Source of the DNA: Moniliella sp. 'wahieum'
Taxonomy: Eukaryota
Direction of reading: 5' to 3'
DNA length: 64,000 nucleotides
Assembly: GCA_003971905.1 (NCBI GenBank)
Contig: RSEE01000022.1
Span: 620,001 to 684,000 of the forward strand
The translations under genes and the position numbers were made by a program. Under the pieces are notes generated by a model. That model was not told where the DNA came from. It did not search any database and was given only the letters and a program-made list of their open reading frames with translations. Positions 59,756 through 64,000 of this stretch are shown here, one piece after another; the stretch's first letter is position 1, and every line of letters begins with the position of its first letter.

Positions 59756-62538
59756 ATGAACGTTTCACACCGCCATGTCTTTGATTTTTGGGCCAGCGGC
59801 TTCGTTCGGCTGGGAAGCAGCAAGCAGTCCAGCTTCAACCAAGAGAGCTTCAAGAGCTTCACGGCCGAAGGCCAAGCACCCCCGCCTTCTCTTCCATGCT
59901 ATCCCGCGTCTCGTCCCGCTGGGCAGGCGAGGATGACGACGAAAGTGCCAAGCACCAGCACCAGCACACGAATCAGAACCACCACTCCGTCCTCGCACAC
60001 ACAACTCATGGTACGTTCTGGCGCTCCTTTGGTGACCGCAGTTTTCGTCGTTGAGCAGGAGGCTAAATATGCTGTGCCATGCTTGCTACGTTGCGTTTAT
60101 GTTTGGTCCCCCCCCTCCCCCTGCCTCCCAGGGCGTTTGAAACGGTAGACAAGACCCAGAATATCGCCCAGAAGCAAAAAATGGACGAGCAGGAGCATGC
60201 ACGCAAGCCGAGCCTTCCACGCCTTCACGCTCTCTCCCCGGCCCAGGTGCCCTCATTGCTCCCCCATTCCGCTTCCAGCTCCATTCCATCCACATCCTCG
60301 AATCCTCAATTCGAACGTTCCGTCACTGTCCTTGGGAGGACCCAGCCTTCCCTGGGCTCTGCAACTGGTGCTACACAGCAAGTGGTATCCGCCCCGCGCT
60401 CTGCAGCCCTCGAGCCTGCGCTGTCCGACGAGCAGAAGCAGGTGTTCGACATGGTGGTACACGAGGGACAAAGTCTCATGTTCACCGGCGGCGCTGGTAC
60501 CGGAAAGTCCGTCTTGGCACGTGCCATTGTCAAGGCATTGTGCCGCAAGCACGGTGCGCAGCACGTTGGCATCACAGCCACCACGGGTGTAGCTGCCTTG
60601 CACATTGGTGGTCGCACTCTCCACTCTTGGGCTGGGGTGGGCACTGGTAATGGTCCTGTTAAGCAGCTGGCTGCTTCTATTGCGCGCAATCGCAAGGACT
60701 GCACTGACCGGTGGCGCTTAGCTCGTGTGTTGGTGATTGATGAGGTGAGTATGCTGGACCCCGTCTTTTTCGACAAGCTCGAGTCAGTCGCAAGGGCGCT
60801 CCGACGGTCTGAGAAACCGTTTGGTGGGATCCAGCTGGTTCTCGTTGGCGACTTTTACCAGTTGCCTCCCGTTATCACCACCATGGCTAGCTGGCAGACG
60901 GATGCGGCCGATCAACGCAAAGCGAAACGGATGCACGAAGAGAAAGTGGCCGCCTACCCTTCCCGTCTCTTGTTCCATGCCTTCCAGTGGTCCAAATGCA
61001 TCCCGGTCGTTGTTGTGCTCAAAACCGTCTTTCGCCAGTCTGACTCCAAGTTTGTTTCGATGCTTGAGGAGCTCCGTCGAGGCCAGTTGTCGTCGGAAAC
61101 AGTGCGTCAGTTTCATGCGCTTGCCCGCCCTTTGCCTACCAACGATGGAATCCTTCCCACTGAGCTCTACCCCACCCGCCACGAGGTCAACAGTCCAACG
61201 AGGCTCGCCTCCGCGCCCTTGCTACCCACACCGAAACTACTTGGCCAAAGACTGGAGCCGGGTACACAAGGGCTCTCCCAATGCTATCGCCCAAGACGTG
61301 AAAACGTGGCTGGACAAGGCTACCATGGTCCCTTCCCGCCTCGAGTTGCGCAACCAAGCTCAAGTGATGCTCCTGAAAAATTGCAACGAGGAGTTGGTCA
61401 ATGGCTCCCGTGGGATCATTACTGGCTTTCCGATTCTTCAAAGCCGCCCCGATTCGCCGATGGCAAGGACGGACGTATTATCCCCCGAGTGGGTTCAATC
61501 TAGTACCTACTCTCTATCAAGTTCCAACGCTACCGCAACCTCGAATTCAATTCGGTCTGTGGTCAATGGAAGCGCACCTCACATCGCATCAAGTGCCCGC
61601 CCTCTACCACCCAACCTGCATCCAAACCAGCCCCGCCCGCGTCGGCACAAGTCGACGAATTTGACGAATTCGACGATCCTGAGATGGACAATGTGTTGGC
61701 TCAAGTTGCCCTCAACATTGATCCTCCCCTGCGTTCGTGCTCACCCGGGCGGGTTCCATGCCCCCCCGTGCTCTTGGGCCTAAACAGGAGCGGGACCTAG
61801 TCCCATCGAACACAACCTCCTCGCTCGCTGCGCGCCCTTTTCGTCGGGTGGAAAGCGAGGGTGCCCGGTCGTCGCTCTCGTCCTCTTTGTTGCATGATGC
61901 AGCGGCTAAGCAGGCGCAGACCCGCCTGCTCGGACGGGAGACATTCGTCCCCAGTCTCGCACGTTGGCCCCGCGCAACTTCCAACGATCCATTTCCCATG
62001 GTGGGCTAGCTGCTCAGGGTTCTCGTGCCTCGGTCGCAGCAGAACGGGCCGTGGTGTGTCCCCCCTGCCAACTGCCTTGTCGCGTGACGAGGTGAACCAA
62101 TTTATCGAGGTCGCCCTGCCGTCGACCGCGGCGGGCGGGATGAGCGGCCTTGATCTCGCACAGGACAATACCTTGTACCCCGTCGTGCGGTTCGTGAATG
62201 GCAAGGAATATCTAGTGGTGCATGTGGAGCATCGGGTGGAAGACCATCTTGGGCGGGAAGAAGGTGCACGAGCACAGGTGCCACTCATGTTAGCGTGGTC
62301 CATGTCGATCCACAAGGCACAAGGAATGACGCTGGATAAAGTGTCTATCGATTTGTCGCGCGCGTTTGAAAAGGGACAAGCGTACGTAGCGCTTTCGCGT
62401 GCGACCGACCTCAATCTTCTTCAGGTCCGTGGGTTTTCCGTGGACCGCGTGCGTGCCGATCCGCTCGTCGTCGCGTGGGAACAACAAGTCCTTCAAGCTC
62501 AAACTCTTTCTTCGTCAACGCGCTCACAGGAAACGTAA
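59756..62538 (+). CDS. PIF1: Pif1-family 5'-3' DNA helicase
   Basis: LSDEQ, FTGGAGTGKS, TATTGVAA..IGG.TLHSWAG, VIDEVSM, KPFGGIQLVLVGDFYQLPPV, VFRQ, AQVMLLKN...LVNGSRG, YPVVRF, QVPLMLAWSMSIHKAQGMTLD, GQAYVALSRA. Possible 5' exon 59756-60010 with intron 60011-60131; alternative start at 60181. Confidence 0.93.
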
Positions 62539-62949
62539 ACAACAAGCCCTCGCCGCTCAGCAGCAGAGTACCCGTGGCGATGCACTGCGCTTGACGTTCA
62601 AAGACAACACGACCCATGCCTCGGCACATTCCCTCCTTGCCAACCACAAGTCTTCTGCTCCCGCAAGAAGCGTCGTATATATGATTGAGAGGGATACGGC
62701 TAGTCAGGCTGTCCTATCATCATTACCAACCTCATCCCGTGGCGGGAGCTGAAAGGAAAGAGGAATTGCCATCAACGTCTATAGTTTATACATCCCTTGC
62801 AAACAAAAACCGTCGTCGCCTCACATAGAGCCATAGGTACCTCGAGTGTACAATGTTCGATGATCATTATGGTCTTCTACTGTTACCAAACGTTCCCTTT
62901 CATAAGGATTGCCATGCAATGATTAGTGCGTAAAGCCTGTTTGACCGAG

Positions 62950-64000
62950 TCACGCTTTGGGCGCTGCCCCTGGAGCACCTTTTTCCGTCACGTCACGCAA
63001 GAGGTGGAGCGCCTTGACGACGTTTGGACAAACGCTGATGTCGACGCAGTGGAGCGCTTGGCCTCAATCCCAAACTTGAGCAGCTTCGAACCAGCAAGGT
63101 AGTTGCACCCGTACCCATCTGGATAGCCCGCGCCAAAGCCCGTACCGGCAATGCGGTCTCCCGCACTCAAGCCCGAAGTGGACAAGGTCCAGGTCTGACT
63201 CGCCCCCAACGCTTCGTCCGCCAAGAGCGCTGGGACGGGACCGTCGCGCGTCGGATCAAACACCAGTCGTAACCCCGTAATGTGACGGTCAATTCCCTTG
63301 CCAAAGCTCGCGTTGCGGGTCTGGACCGTGTGCGCCGTGCAGGCCTTGACCAGGCGCTCGTACAACTTGGCAGGATCTGTCCCGTCGCCCCGGACGAGGT
63401 CACGGACAAACTCGTAGCTCTCAATCGAAAACGACCGAATCACATCCGTCCGTCCGTTCTTGAAGAATCGCGTAGAGGCCGTCTCGTAAGTCGGCGTCTG
63501 GCTGCCATAGTCAAGGCCATAGCTACTTGAAGCACCGTTTGAAGGTAGGCGTCGGGGCTGACCTTGGCCACCTTCTTGATCCACTCTGCGCCGTACTCGT
63601 CAAACCAAAGCACCCGCGCATCACTTTCGACCGCCATGGCCAGCGCCTTGCGTGTCGATTGGTCAATCGCCTGGGTTAGGCTGGCGTCCAGATCAAAGTC
63701 TCTCCGTACAAACGTAGCCGAGGCGAGCGACATGTCTTCCTTGGTTGTCAACGGCGACTCAGGGAAAGGCTGGTCGGGCGGTGTAGCAGGAATGGCTGAA
63801 GCATAGTCCGACATGATGCCTGGGATCAGAGCGTCCACCGGCGAGTGTTCCCCCATGATCCCGGCCCGTCCGTTGGGCTCCACAATAGAGTCAAAGATTT
63901 ATCAAACCATCGGTTGTGGCCACCGCGACCCGTGCCATTCTCGTTGCGCGCATGCGCATCAATCCATCTCGGCGAGCTGCTACCCCTTGCCCAGTTCCCT
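62950..64000 (-). CDS. Carnitine/choline O-acyltransferase family protein (5' end outside window)
   Basis: NRWFDK, GRAGIMGEHSPVDAL (catalytic His), YGAEWIKK..VSPDAYLQ, TYETASTRFFKNGRTDVI, GKGIDRH, WTLSTSGL, GFG..YPDGYG. Likely TGA at 62950-62952 after a frameshift. Confidence 0.92.

Overview
This is a gene-dense, GC-rich (roughly 60% by eye) eukaryotic window, almost certainly from a basidiomycete fungus. That assignment is an inference from the short GT-AG introns with GTACGT/GTATGT/GTGAGT donors and CTRAC branch points, and from the protein families present. Recognisable genes, in order: hypothetical (-), pyruvate carboxylase (+), cullin-1-like (-), Sus1/ENY2 (+), hypothetical membrane protein (+), secreted GMC oxidoreductase (-), DEAD-box helicase Dbp7 (+), peroxisomal dienoyl-CoA isomerase (+), WDR59/Mtc5 (-), Sec24 (+), a long low-complexity hypothetical (-), Fe-S-type L-serine dehydratase (+), a bHLH transcription factor (+), a very long disordered protein with a C-terminal MDR/GroES-like domain (-), medium-chain acyl-CoA dehydrogenase (+), Pif1 helicase (+) and a carnitine acyltransferase (-, 5' end outside the window). 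Nearly every gene, including essential ones, has many 1-nt frameshifts. I read these as long-read consensus errors rather than pseudogenisation, so gene boundaries are approximate. The most unusual unexplained signal is a dispersed family of short intergenic tandem arrays with a 7-bp period, mostly a 6-bp palindrome plus one base (ACATGT+G, AAGCTT+C, AGTACT+G/C, AACGTT+C, AGGCCT+A, ACTAGT+G, CCTAGG+T, AGATCT+C). They are concentrated just downstream of stop codons and in convergent spacers. I could not support any tRNA, rRNA, CRISPR array or intact mobile element, and I cannot claim a confirmed novel system.
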